From the NCBI GenBank assembly GCA_963668695.2, contig CAXXLQ010000004.1:1152001-1216000 (forward strand): 64,000 nt of DNA. Reading direction: 5' to 3'. The DNA is from Vicinamibacteria bacterium (lineage in GTDB: Bacteria > Acidobacteriota > Vicinamibacteria > Marinacidobacterales > Marinacidobacteraceae). Position 1 is the stretch's first letter; each line of letters begins with the position of its first letter. A program made the position numbers and the translations under genes. A model generated the notes under the pieces. The model made no database searches. It was given only the letters and a program-made list of their open reading frames with translations, and was not told the DNA's origin. Shown in pieces: positions 38,819 to 48,251 of this stretch.

Positions 38819-40105
38819 ATGAAGCCACCGGAACACAGCAGTCCATGGAATCGGCGACGCTTCCTCCAGACTACGGCGGCCGCCGGGCTGGCCGCGCTTC
38901 CCGGCGTCGGCGCGCTCGCGAGCCCAGCGGAATCCGGCGGGCGCGCCCGACCCCGCACCCAGCCGGAATCGCCGGGCCCCACCCCGAGCGATCCTCTCGG
39001 CGTCCGGGCCAGTTTTCCGGTCACCGAGGAACTCGCCTACCTCAACAATGCGGCGGTGGGACCGCTGCCGGTGCCCGTCCGCGACGCCCTCCACCGCTAC
39101 GCGGACAACAAGATGCGGCGCCGCGACGCCGCGGCGGGTAGCGAGGCCGTGGCGGGTGCGCGCTCCCGCTTCGCCAGCCTGTTCGGCGCCGAAGAGGACG
39201 AGCTCGCCTTCCTCTACTCCACCAGCGGGGCCGAGAACATCATCGTGAACGCGATGGACTGGCGGCCGGGCGACAACGTGGTCGTGGACGAGCTGCACTT
39301 CGTCACCACCTTCGTGCTCTACCGCGAACTCGAGCGCCGGGAGGGGGTCGAACTGAGGATCGTCCCGTCGCGGGACGGCGTCGTGACGGTCGACGACTTC
39401 GCCGCGCGGACCGACGCCCGGACGCGGCTGCTCAGCGTGGCGTGGGTGTCGAACCGCAACGGCTTCCGCTATGACCTGCCCGCGCTGGCCGACCTCGCCC
39501 ATGCTCACGGGGGCTACCTCTACGCCGACGCCATCCAGGCGTGGGGCACGTTCCCGACCAACCTCCACGACGAGAAGGTCGACTTCGCCTGCGGCAATGG
39601 GTACAAGTGGCTGCACGCGGACTTCGGCTGCGCACCCTTCTACGTGCGCCGCGAGCACCTGGACTGGATGACGCCCGACCGGCACGGGCATCGTCAGGTC
39701 GCCGAGTCGCTGCCCGGGCATCGCTACCGCCTCGAAACCAGCGCGGCCAAGCTCGAGTACGGGAGCCCGGCCTACGGTCCGGTGGCCGCGATGGACGCTG
39801 CGCTCGCGTTTGTCGGGGAGGTTGGGCTCGATCGCATCGCCGGGCACACGCACGCCCTCGCGGGCGAACTGCGCGAGGCCGCCGCGGCGCTGGGGATGCG
39901 GATGTTCACCCCGCCGAAGAACCCGTCCGCCATTGTCAGCTTCTACCATGGGCTCGATCACGAACGGCTGAGCCGGGCGCTCGCCGACGAGGACGTGTCC
40001 GTCACCTTTCAGGAGGACGGGCAACTGCTGCGCGCCGGCCTGGGGATGTTCAACAGCCGCGACGACCTCGACCGGCTGCTGGGGGTGATCCGGCGGCTGG
40101 TGTAG
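38819..40105 (+). CDS. Class V PLP aminotransferase / cysteine desulfurase-like, Tat-exported
   Basis: NRRRFLQ, YLNNAA.GP, DAIQ and GYKWL. Confidence 0.9.
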   Translation: MKPPEHSSPWNRRRFLQTTAAAGLAALPGVGALASPAESGGRARPRTQPESPGPTPSDPLGVRASFPVTEELAYLNNAAVGPLPVPVRDALHRYADNKMRRRDAAAGSEAVAGARSRFASLFGAEEDELAFLYSTSGAENIIVNAMDWRPGDNVVVDELHFVTTFVLYRELERREGVELRIVPSRDGVVTVDDFAARTDARTRLLSVAWVSNRNGFRYDLPALADLAHAHGGYLYADAIQAWGTFPTNLHDEKVDFACGNGYKWLHADFGCAPFYVRREHLDWMTPDRHGHRQVAESLPGHRYRLETSAAKLEYGSPAYGPVAAMDAALAFVGEVGLDRIAGHTHALAGELREAAAALGMRMFTPPKNPSAIVSFYHGLDHERLSRALADEDVSVTFQEDGQLLRAGLGMFNSRDDLDRLLGVIRRLV

Positions 40106-40111
40106 GCCGGC

Positions 40112-40297
40112 CGCGCCGTGAAACCGATGCCGCGCCGTGAAACCGATGTCGCGCCGTGAAACCGATGTCGCGCCGTGAAACCGATGCCGCGCCGTGAAAC
40201 CGATGTCGCGCCGGTGAAACCGACGGTCGGGACCGCCCGTGAAACCGATGTCGCGCCGTGAAACCGATGTCGCGTCGTGGAACCGATGCCGCGCCGG
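40112..40297. repeat. 19-nt tandem repeat, about 9 units
   Basis: GCCGTGAAACCGATG(T/C)CGC repeated. Confidence 0.92.
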
Positions 40298-40328
40298 CAC
40301 GAAGGCAAAAGGTCTGGTCGGGCGGCAG

Positions 40329-40446
40329 TGCGGTGCTCAACTACGAGACCATCTCCGGGGGGACCATCTCCGGGTCGCGGTACAACGAGATCGTCGCCAT
40401 CCTCGACCCGCGGGTCTTCCGGGTGGGCGTCCGGATCGAGTTCTGA
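40329..40446 (+). pseudogene. Second copy of the TonB receptor 3' end
   Basis: VLNY.TISG..YNEIVAILDPRVFRVGVRIEF*, with mostly third-position differences from 38240-38342. Confidence 0.9.
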
Positions 40447-40520
40447 TCCGATCCTGAACCCCGGGGCGCCGGCCTTCGGGTCGGCGTCCCTTTCGGCCTG
40501 ACTCCTCCGCCTGACTCCCC

Positions 40521-41825
40521 TCAGGCGAACCGCGCCAGTCCGAAGAAGGGTTCCTTCTCGCGCTCGCCGAGCGCCTGCCCGGCCAGCATCTCGCCGAGCG
40601 CCGGGCCGAGCTTGTAGCCGTGCCCGGACCCGCCGCCGGCGATCCAGGCGTTCACCGCCTCCGGGTGGGTGTCCACGATGAGGTGCCCGTCGGCGCTCTG
40701 TTCGTACTGGCAGACCCGCGACTCGATCAGCGGGGCGCCCCGCATCGCCGGAAAGCGGCGCTCCATGTAGGTCCGCCCCGTCCGGATGGCTTCCGGGGAG
40801 GGCGTGCGGTCCCCGTTCGTGGGATCGAACGGCGCGCCCCGGGAGTCGTCCGCCACCTTGAAGCCGCGGTAGTTGCTCCCGGGGACTCCGTAGAACAGGC
40901 TCGCCCCCGTCTCGACCCAGACCGGCAGCTCGGCGTCGGTCAGATCGGTGCGGCCGGGAGGCGTGCCGAAATAGAGGATCTCCTGCCGCGTGGGGCTCAC
41001 GAGGGGCGGATCGAATCCGGGGAAGAGTTGCGCGAGCCAGGGGCCGCCCGCAAAGACGAAGAGGTCGGCTTCCAGGGTTTCACCGCTCGCCAGCCGGACG
41101 TCCCGCATTGTCCCGTTCGCGACGGTTCCCGCCGCCGCCTTGGCCTGCCGGTACTCGCCTCCCTCGGCCAGGAAGCCCTCGAGCACCCGCTGGCAGCCGC
41201 GCCGCGCGAGCAGGTAGCCGGCGCTCTTCTCGTAGAGCGCGTAGGCGAGGCCTTCGGGGTTGATCTGGGGGAAGCGGCGCGCGAGGTCCTCGCCGGTCAG
41301 CTCCTCGAAGGGGACGCCGAGGTCGGCGAGGATCGGGACCGCATCGGTCGCGTAGCGGTCCACGCCGTCGCTCATCCAGAGCGCGCCGGTCTCGAAGAAC
41401 AGTTGGTCGTGCCAGCGTTCCCCGGCCTCTTTCCAGATCTCGAGCGCCCGGACCACCATCTCGGAATAGATGCGGTCGGGGCCGTAGGTGGCGCGGATGA
41501 CCCGCGTTTCTCCCCCCGAGCTCGCCCGCGAGTTGCCGGGGCCCCAGGCGTCGACCACGGTGACCTGGGCGCCGCGCCGCAGGAGTTCGAGCGCCGTCCA
41601 GCCGCCAAAAGCGCCGGCGCCCACCACGACGGCGCGGACTCCGCGTCCGGCCTGGGACGCGCTTCCGCTCGCGGTGCGGGCTTTTGCCGTTCCGGCGGGG
41701 GCTTCTGCCGTTTTGCCGGGGTCACTCCCGGCGCCCTCGCCGCAGGCGGCGAACGCCCCGGCGGCAGCCCCCGCGGCAAGTCCGGTCGCGATCGCTTCGC
41801 GGCGTGAAATCCGGCGTTTCGTCAT
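40521..41825 (-). CDS. FAD-dependent oxidoreductase (sarcosine oxidase/DAO family), Tat lipoprotein
   Basis: SRREAI, FAAC lipobox, VVGAGAFG, SSGGETR.IR and GSGHGYK. Confidence 0.9.
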   Translation of the reverse strand: MTKRRISRREAIATGLAAGAAAGAFAACGEGAGSDPGKTAEAPAGTAKARTASGSASQAGRGVRAVVVGAGAFGGWTALELLRRGAQVTVVDAWGPGNSRASSGGETRVIRATYGPDRIYSEMVVRALEIWKEAGERWHDQLFFETGALWMSDGVDRYATDAVPILADLGVPFEELTGEDLARRFPQINPEGLAYALYEKSAGYLLARRGCQRVLEGFLAEGGEYRQAKAAAGTVANGTMRDVRLASGETLEADLFVFAGGPWLAQLFPGFDPPLVSPTRQEILYFGTPPGRTDLTDAELPVWVETGASLFYGVPGSNYRGFKVADDSRGAPFDPTNGDRTPSPEAIRTGRTYMERRFPAMRGAPLIESRVCQYEQSADGHLIVDTHPEAVNAWIAGGGSGHGYKLGPALGEMLAGQALGEREKEPFFGLARFA

Positions 41826-41837
41826 GACCCGGCCATC

Positions 41838-43118
41838 CTAAGCCGCGGGCTGGGGGAGCAATCGGGAGAGCGAGAAGAACGGCTCCTTTTCGCGCTGACC
41901 GAGCGCTTGGTCGGCGAGCATCTCGCCGAGCGCGGCGCCCAGCTTGTAGCCGTGCCCGGAGCCGCCGCCCGCGATCCAGGCGTTCGCCGCCTCGGGGTGG
42001 GTGTCCACGATCAGGTTCCCGTCCGCGCTTTGCTCGTACTGGCAGACGCGCGCCTCGAGCAGGGGCGCTCCCCGCATCGCCGGGAACCGGCCCTCCATGT
42101 ACTCCCGCGCCGCCCGCATCCCCGCGGCCGACGGCGTCCGGTCGCCGGTTGTGGGATCGAAGGGCGCGCCGCGGGTGTCGTCCGCGATCTTGAAGCCGCG
42201 GCCGGCACTCCCCGGAACGCCGTAGAAGGGCCCCTCGTCGATCCAGGTCGGGAACGCCTTGTCGGTCAGGTCGGAATAGCCCGCCGGCGGACCGAAGAAG
42301 AAGACCTCCTGGCGGGTAGGCCGAACGAGCGGTGGGTCGAACTCGGGGAAGAGGCGGGCGAGCCACGGGCCGCAGGCGAATACGAAGAGGTCGGCCTCGA
42401 CAGAGCTGCCGTCCGAGAGGCGGATGTCCCGCATCCGCCCGCCGCCGGTCGTTCCCGGCGCTGCTTCCGCCCGCAGGAAGCGGCCGCCTTCCGCGAGAAA
42501 GTCCCGCAGCACCCGCTCGCAGCCGCGGCGGGCCAACAGGTAGCCGGCATCTCTTTCGAACAGCGCGTAGGAGATTCCTTCCGGGTTGATCTGGGGGTAC
42601 CGGCGGGCGAGTTCGTCGCCGTCGAACTCCTCGACGGTGAGTCCGAGCTCCCGAAGAATCGGCACCGCCGCCTTCGCGTACTCCGATTCCCCGCTGCTCA
42701 TCCGGAGCATTCCGACGGGAAAGAACAACGGCTCGCCCCACCGGGCCTGGTGATCCCTCCAGATTTCGAGCGCCCGCGCCACCATCGCGCTGTAAACGCG
42801 CCGGGGTCCGTAGGAGGCGCGGATCAACCGGGTCTCGCCGCCCGAGCTCGCGCGGGAGTTGCCCGGCCCCCACGCATCCACGAGCGTCACCTCCGCGCCC
42901 GCGCGGCGCAGCCAGAGCGCCGTCCAGCCGCCGAACGCCCCGGCGCCCACCACCACGGCGCGGACCCCGCTTCCGGCTCCGGAGGCGTTTGTGGTTGCGG
43001 GGGCTTCTTTGGTTCCGCCCCCGGTTCCGTCGCCGCACGCGCCGAGCGCCGCGCTGGCGGCGGCTCCGGCGAGTCCGGTGGCGATCGCTTCGCGGCGGGA
43101 GATCTTGCGGCTCGTCAT
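41838..43118 (-). CDS. FAD-dependent oxidoreductase paralogue, Tat lipoprotein
   Basis: Same motifs (LGAC lipobox); tandem paralogue of 40521-41825. Confidence 0.9.
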   Translation of the reverse strand: MTSRKISRREAIATGLAGAAASAALGACGDGTGGGTKEAPATTNASGAGSGVRAVVVGAGAFGGWTALWLRRAGAEVTLVDAWGPGNSRASSGGETRLIRASYGPRRVYSAMVARALEIWRDHQARWGEPLFFPVGMLRMSSGESEYAKAAVPILRELGLTVEEFDGDELARRYPQINPEGISYALFERDAGYLLARRGCERVLRDFLAEGGRFLRAEAAPGTTGGGRMRDIRLSDGSSVEADLFVFACGPWLARLFPEFDPPLVRPTRQEVFFFGPPAGYSDLTDKAFPTWIDEGPFYGVPGSAGRGFKIADDTRGAPFDPTTGDRTPSAAGMRAAREYMEGRFPAMRGAPLLEARVCQYEQSADGNLIVDTHPEAANAWIAGGGSGHGYKLGAALGEMLADQALGQREKEPFFSLSRLLPQPAA

Positions 43119-44209
43119 GACTCCGCGATCCTATGCGCCGGCCCGGTCGGGGTCCCCAGCGCGATGTGGACCGCGTCCCGCAGCACCGCCGCCGCGGTGG
43201 GGATCGCGTCGCCCTCGGTGGAGATGAGCCGCTGGGTCGAAAAGAGGTCGGTCTCCCATTCCACCGCCATGTCCAGCGTGCCGATCGATCCGAAGAAGCT
43301 CTCGCGCGGCATCGCGACCGGGGAAACCGTCATCCGCACCCCGTCGCCATCGGGGACCGCTTCGCCGAGCAGGCGGATCACTTCGCCGGGGCCGGGGGTC
43401 GGCGCCCCCTCGATGCCCGTGCGCCGCACTTCCGCCAGGGAGGCCTTTCGCCGCATCACCGTGCGCACCAGGATCAGCAGCTTGAGCGCGGTGTCGGTTC
43501 CGTTCAGGTCGTTCGTGGGGTCCGTCTCGGCGATTCCGCGCCGCTGGGCCTCCGCTACCGCTTCTTCGAGGCTCACCCCCTCGGCCATCCGGCCGAGGAC
43601 CAGGTTGCTGGTGCTGTTGAACACGCCGCGGAGCCGCAGGAACTCGGCCGCCACCAGGTCGCGCCGCCCGGCGTTCACCACCGGGAGCCCGCCGCACACG
43701 GTGGCGCTCCAGCCGAGCCCGGCGCCGTTGTCCCGGGCCAGCGCCTCGATCTCGTCGAAGGCGAGCGCCACCGCGGATTTGTTGGCGAAGACCACCGAGG
43801 TGCCCCGCCCGAGCGCGGTGCGCGCCGCCGTCAGGCCGATCCCTCCGGTTTCGATGTCCATCGAGGCCGCATCGAGCAGGATTCCGCGCGGTCCGGCCGC
43901 GAACAGGGCCTCCTCGAGCGAGACGGGCTCCGCCTCGGGGATTTCGCGGAGCCGCGCTCCCCGTTTCTTGGCGGCGAGCATGGCGGCTTCCGTCAGCCGG
44001 CTTCCCGGGGCGTCCGGGCCCCGCACGAAACCGCTCCGGTCCGCGCACGCCACGACCGGGAACGTCACCCCGTAGCGGCGCGCGAGGGTCCCGGCCTTCC
44101 TTCGGAGGATGCCGAGCAGTTCCCGATGGACGTTCCCCATCCCCAGCAGGACCAGGGGACACGTCCAGAATTGTCCCGTTTCGTTCTCCGGCGGCGTTCG
44201 CATCGGCAT
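43115..44209 (-). CDS. Homoserine dehydrogenase-like protein (no ACT domain)
   Basis: LLGMGNV, VVFANK, ATVCGGLP, GVFNSTSN and GIAETDP..D..G.DTA.K. Confidence 0.82.
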   Translation of the reverse strand: MPMRTPPENETGQFWTCPLVLLGMGNVHRELLGILRRKAGTLARRYGVTFPVVACADRSGFVRGPDAPGSRLTEAAMLAAKKRGARLREIPEAEPVSLEEALFAAGPRGILLDAASMDIETGGIGLTAARTALGRGTSVVFANKSAVALAFDEIEALARDNGAGLGWSATVCGGLPVVNAGRRDLVAAEFLRLRGVFNSTSNLVLGRMAEGVSLEEAVAEAQRRGIAETDPTNDLNGTDTALKLLILVRTVMRRKASLAEVRRTGIEGAPTPGPGEVIRLLGEAVPDGDGVRMTVSPVAMPRESFFGSIGTLDMAVEWETDLFSTQRLISTEGDAIPTAAAVLRDAVHIALGTPTGPAHRIAES

Positions 44210-44222
44210 TCTCCTTCTGATC

Positions 44223-45779
44223 TTACGCAGCGCCGGCCTGTACCCGGGCAGCGCGCAAACCCTTCCAGATGCTGTAGCACATGGCGATCAGCATCAGCGC
44301 GATGGGGAAGCCGGTGATGAGGGCGGCCGTTTGCAGCGCCACCAGCCCGCCGCTGATCAGCAGGGTGATGGCGACGATTCCTTCGAACGAACACCAGAAG
44401 ACGCGTTGAACGACCGGAGCGTCGAGCTTGCCGCCGGCGGTGATGGTGTCGATCACCAGCGATCCGGAATCGGAGGAGGTGACGAAGAAGAGGATCACGA
44501 GGACGATGCCGATGAACGAGGTGAGGTCGGCGAGCGGCAGTACCTCCAGCATCCGGAAGAGAGCCAGTTCCGGCTGCCCGGCCTGCACGGCATCGACCAT
44601 TCCGGTCTGCCCGTCGAGATGGAGCGACAGCGCCGTGGCGCCGAACGTGTTGAACCAGAGCGCGGTGAGCAGCAACGGGAGGACCAGCATGCAGCCGACG
44701 AGGCCGCGCACGGTGCGGCCGCGCGAAACCCGGGCGATGAACATGCCGACGAAGGGCGCCCACGAGAGCCACCACGCCCAGAAGAAGGTGGTCCAGCCGT
44801 GCAGGAAGTCGAAGTCGTCGCGGCCCACCCAGTTGCTGAGCGGTCCGATCGCCGCGAAGTAGTGGCCGAGACTGCCGACGAATCCGGCGAGCAGCTCGAG
44901 GGTCGGCCCGACCGCCAGCACGAACCCGAGCAGCAGCAGCGCGAGCACCATGTTGGCCTGGCTCAGGCGCTTGACGCCCTTGTCCATGCCCAGGACCACC
45001 GACGCCAGCGCGACGGCCGTGATGCCGGCGATCAGCAGCACCTGGGTCGTCTCGGTTGCGGGGACGCCGAACAGATGGTCCAGCCCCGCCGCCGTCTGCT
45101 CGGCGCCCAGACCGAGCGAGGTCGCCAGCCCGAAGAGCGTGGCGAACACGGCGAGGATGTCGATGACGTGGCCGACCGGGCCCCACACTCGATCGCCCAG
45201 GACCGGGTAGAACGCCGACCGGACGCTCATCGGCAACCCGAGGTTGTAAGCGGCGAAAGATAGAGCGACCGCGACCACCGCGTACATGGCCCAGGCGTTC
45301 AGGCCCCAGTGGTAGATGGCGGAGGCGACCGCCAGGCTCTGCACGGCGGCGGTGTCCGCGGTGTCCACCCCGAGCGGCGGACTCAGGAAATGATCGACCG
45401 GCTCGGCCACGCCGAAGAACATCAGGCCAATGCCGATCCCGGCCGCGAACAGCATGGAGAACCACGACCAGTTGGAGTAGTCCGGCCGGGCGTCCGGACC
45501 GCCCAGGCGGATGCGGCCGAGGGGTGTCGCCAGCAGCAGCAGGCAGAAGAGGATGAAGACGTTGCCGGCGACCATGAACACCCAATCGAACGTCGAGGTC
45601 AGCCAGGCGTACAGCGCGTCGAAGACGCCCGCGGCGGCGTCCCGGAACAAGAGCACGCCGGCAACGAAAGCGATGATGGTGAGGCTCGAGACAACGAAGA
45701 CAGGGTTGTGGATATCGAGGCCGAGGAGCCGGATGTTGTCGCGGCCGAGCTCGGAGTCGGTCTTCCGGGCGATGGCCAT
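44223..45779 (-). CDS. BCCT family transporter
   Basis: SWFSMLFAAGIGIG, HWG, WTTFFWAWWLSWAPFVGMFIARVSRGRT and TSSDSG. Confidence 0.96.
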   Translation of the reverse strand: MAIARKTDSELGRDNIRLLGLDIHNPVFVVSSLTIIAFVAGVLLFRDAAAGVFDALYAWLTSTFDWVFMVAGNVFILFCLLLLATPLGRIRLGGPDARPDYSNWSWFSMLFAAGIGIGLMFFGVAEPVDHFLSPPLGVDTADTAAVQSLAVASAIYHWGLNAWAMYAVVAVALSFAAYNLGLPMSVRSAFYPVLGDRVWGPVGHVIDILAVFATLFGLATSLGLGAEQTAAGLDHLFGVPATETTQVLLIAGITAVALASVVLGMDKGVKRLSQANMVLALLLLGFVLAVGPTLELLAGFVGSLGHYFAAIGPLSNWVGRDDFDFLHGWTTFFWAWWLSWAPFVGMFIARVSRGRTVRGLVGCMLVLPLLLTALWFNTFGATALSLHLDGQTGMVDAVQAGQPELALFRMLEVLPLADLTSFIGIVLVILFFVTSSDSGSLVIDTITAGGKLDAPVVQRVFWCSFEGIVAITLLISGGLVALQTAALITGFPIALMLIAMCYSIWKGLRAARVQAGAA

Positions 45780-45921
45780 ACGGAATCGCTAAGCGAACCT
45801 GCGGATCAGTCGGAGATCCAGAGCTGCGGCCTCGCCGCATCGGATAGGACCGGGGAATACGCCAAAACCTGTCCCGTACGACGTACCGAAGCGGGCATTC
45901 CGATTTGCATCCTTCCACCCT

Positions 45922-45941
45922 TATGGTCAAAATATGTCATA
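45922..45941. promoter_or_regulatory. Imperfect palindrome, candidate WYL operator
   Basis: TATGGTCAAAATATGTCATA in the divergent BCCT/WYL intergenic region. Confidence 0.4.
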
Positions 45942-45998
45942 GCGGCCGGGAACGCGGAGAACGACCCGCCGGAGATCAGGGGCCGCAGGGAGAGTCTC

Positions 45999-47075
45999 GT
46001 GGCCAGTTCGATTGCCCGCACCGCAACCCTTTTCCGCAAGCTGCTCAGCGGCAGGCGAATCACCTACCGGGAACTGGAGGACGAGGAGAGCATCAACCGG
46101 CGTACCGCGCTGCGTTGGATCGCGGAAGGGCGCCGCGTCTTCGGGGACGCACTGAAGGAGACAACCCGAGGCGCCGGAGAGAAGGAGTTCTGGCTGGACG
46201 CCACGGGGAACAAGTGGATCCATGGATTCAAGACCCAGAAGCCGAGCGCCGAGGAAATGGCGGCTCTGGATGAGATGCTGCGGTTTCTCAACAGCCAGAA
46301 CATGCACGACCAGCACGCCCGGCTGACGGGCCTGCGCAGCAAGCTGCACGGGGCGCTGGAGGCCCTCAAAGAGGCCCCCCGGGCCGACACGGATATTCAG
46401 GCGATCACGGATGCCTTCGGGATCGCGTCCCGGCCGGGTCCCCACGTGCCGGTCAGCGAGAACGTGACGGCGCCCCTCAGGGAGGCCATCCTGAAACAGC
46501 ACAAGGTCGCCTTCCGCTACCGCGCCGGGACCGGTCAGGAGAAGGACAAAGTGGCGGAACCGGCGGGCCTGCTCTACGGCGGGGCCCCGCGCCTGGTCGC
46601 TCGGGAGAACGAGGAGAGGGGCCTCGCGCAGTACCGCCTCGACCGGATGAGCGGCGTCGAGGTCCTGGACGAGGGGCATCGCCTCCCGGAGGACGCCCTC
46701 CAGGGCTACCTCCACACGCTGTTCGGTTCCTTCGGAGAAAAACCGGTGAACGTCAGGTGGCGGTTCCACCCCGACGCGCCCGAGCCCGAGAAGTGGACCT
46801 TCCACCCGACCCAGAAGGTCGAGAAGAAACCCGACGGTTCCGTCATCGTCAGTTTCCGCGCCGGCGGCCTGGACGACATGGCGCGTCACGTGATCGGCTG
46901 GTGGGACTGGATCCAGGTGGACAAACCGGCACAGTTGCGGAAGGCCATCCTGAAGATGCGGCTGGCCGGCCTCGCCCCGCTGCTCTACGAGTTCGCCGAT
47001 CAACGGACGGCGACCCGCATCTGGAACCTTGCCGTGGAACTCGGCGCGAACAAGGTGGACGACTGGTGGGAGTGA
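45999..47075 (+). CDS. wHTH-WYL-WCX transcriptional regulator
   Basis: N-terminal HTH (RRTALR), LREAI...V.FRY, EP.GLL, YRLDRM and FHPTQ. Confidence 0.88.
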   Translation: MASSIARTATLFRKLLSGRRITYRELEDEESINRRTALRWIAEGRRVFGDALKETTRGAGEKEFWLDATGNKWIHGFKTQKPSAEEMAALDEMLRFLNSQNMHDQHARLTGLRSKLHGALEALKEAPRADTDIQAITDAFGIASRPGPHVPVSENVTAPLREAILKQHKVAFRYRAGTGQEKDKVAEPAGLLYGGAPRLVARENEERGLAQYRLDRMSGVEVLDEGHRLPEDALQGYLHTLFGSFGEKPVNVRWRFHPDAPEPEKWTFHPTQKVEKKPDGSVIVSFRAGGLDDMARHVIGWWDWIQVDKPAQLRKAILKMRLAGLAPLLYEFADQRTATRIWNLAVELGANKVDDWWE

Positions 47076-47092
47076 GCGGGATGGCGCACTTG

Positions 47093-47391
47093 GGAGCGCC
47101 GGTCTTCAGGCCCCCACCGGGAAAACTGGCCAGCATCGCGGCCGCAGGCCGCGAAACTCCCATCGCCAACCACGAAAAAGCGCGGGGACGGCTTGGAGCG
47201 CCGGTCTTCAGGCCCCCACCGGGAGAACTGGCCAGCATCGCGGCCACAGGCCGCGAAACTCCCATCGCCGACCGCGAAGAAGCGCGGGGACGGCTAGGAG
47301 CGCCGGTCTTCCGGCCCCCACCGGGAGAACTGGCCAGCATCGCGGCCACAGGCCGCGAAACTCCCATCGCCGACCGCGAAGAAGCGCCGGG
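47093..47391. repeat. Three tandem 102-bp REP-derived units, each carrying the 18-nt motif
   Basis: Units start at 47093, 47195 and 47297. Confidence 0.92.
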
Positions 47392-47490
47392 CTAGTTTGC
47401 CCCGGTTTATCGGACCAGTAGGAACGGCCGAAACGCCGGTTCGCGCCGGCCCCGGGAGTTGTTCTTCGAAGTTCGCGGGGCTCTTGACGG

Positions 47491-48225
47491 TTAGCGCTTT
47501 CCCGGCACCATGGGGACGAAGGCGACTCCTCCGTGGTCCTGAATCTCGATCTCCCCGTCTGCGCCGCGGGTGGCGACCACGAGGCGCTGACTCCACGGAT
47601 CCGGCCCGACCGGCGCCACCAGCCGTCCCCCCGGGGCGAGCTGATCGAGGAGCGCCTGCGGGAGCTCCGGAGGCGCCGCGGTCACCACGATCCGGTCGAA
47701 AGGTGCGGCTTCCGGCCAGCCGAGGTAGCCGTCACCGACCCGGAGCTGGATGGACTCGTACCCGAGGTCGCGGAGGGTCGTTTCCGCCCGGGCGCCGATC
47801 CTCGGCAGCAACTCGATGGACCAGACCTCCGCTTCCAGTTCGGCGAGCACCGCCGCCTGGTAGCCGGAGCCGGTCCCGATCTCAAGGATCCGCGTCCCCG
47901 GGGTGATTTGCGCCAGCGAGCTCATCAGCGCCACGATGTAGGGCTGGGAGATCGTCTGCCCCTCGCCGATCGGGAGTGGGCGGTCGGAGTACGCCCGGCT
48001 TCGCTCCGACGCGGGGACGAACTCCTCCCGGGGCACCGTCTGCATGGCCCGCAGCACCGCCTCGTCGCGGATGCCGCGGCGTTCGATCTGGTTCCGCACC
48101 ATCAGCAGCCGTTCTGCCCGGAAGGCGTCCTCCTGTCCGCTGTTCCCGCTCGCTCCGTCGCTGCCGCAGGCGGCGGCGAGGAGGGTCAGGGCCGCAAGCG
48201 CAGCCGTTCGGACACTGCACCTCAT
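47491..48225 (-). CDS. pcm: Protein-L-isoaspartate O-methyltransferase with lipoprotein signal
   Basis: VPREEF, GQTISQPYIVA, LEIGTGSGYQAA and FVPM; N-terminal LLAAAC. Confidence 0.93.
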   Translation of the reverse strand: MRCSVRTAALAALTLLAAACGSDGASGNSGQEDAFRAERLLMVRNQIERRGIRDEAVLRAMQTVPREEFVPASERSRAYSDRPLPIGEGQTISQPYIVALMSSLAQITPGTRILEIGTGSGYQAAVLAELEAEVWSIELLPRIGARAETTLRDLGYESIQLRVGDGYLGWPEAAPFDRIVVTAAPPELPQALLDQLAPGGRLVAPVGPDPWSQRLVVATRGADGEIEIQDHGGVAFVPMVPGKR

Positions 48226-48251
48226 AGAGATCCCTCCAGCTGCCGCCAAGT

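Noticed and set aside
47093-47391. Mini-CRISPR next to the WYL gene
   Set aside because: The three 102-bp units are near-identical along their whole length, with no spacers.
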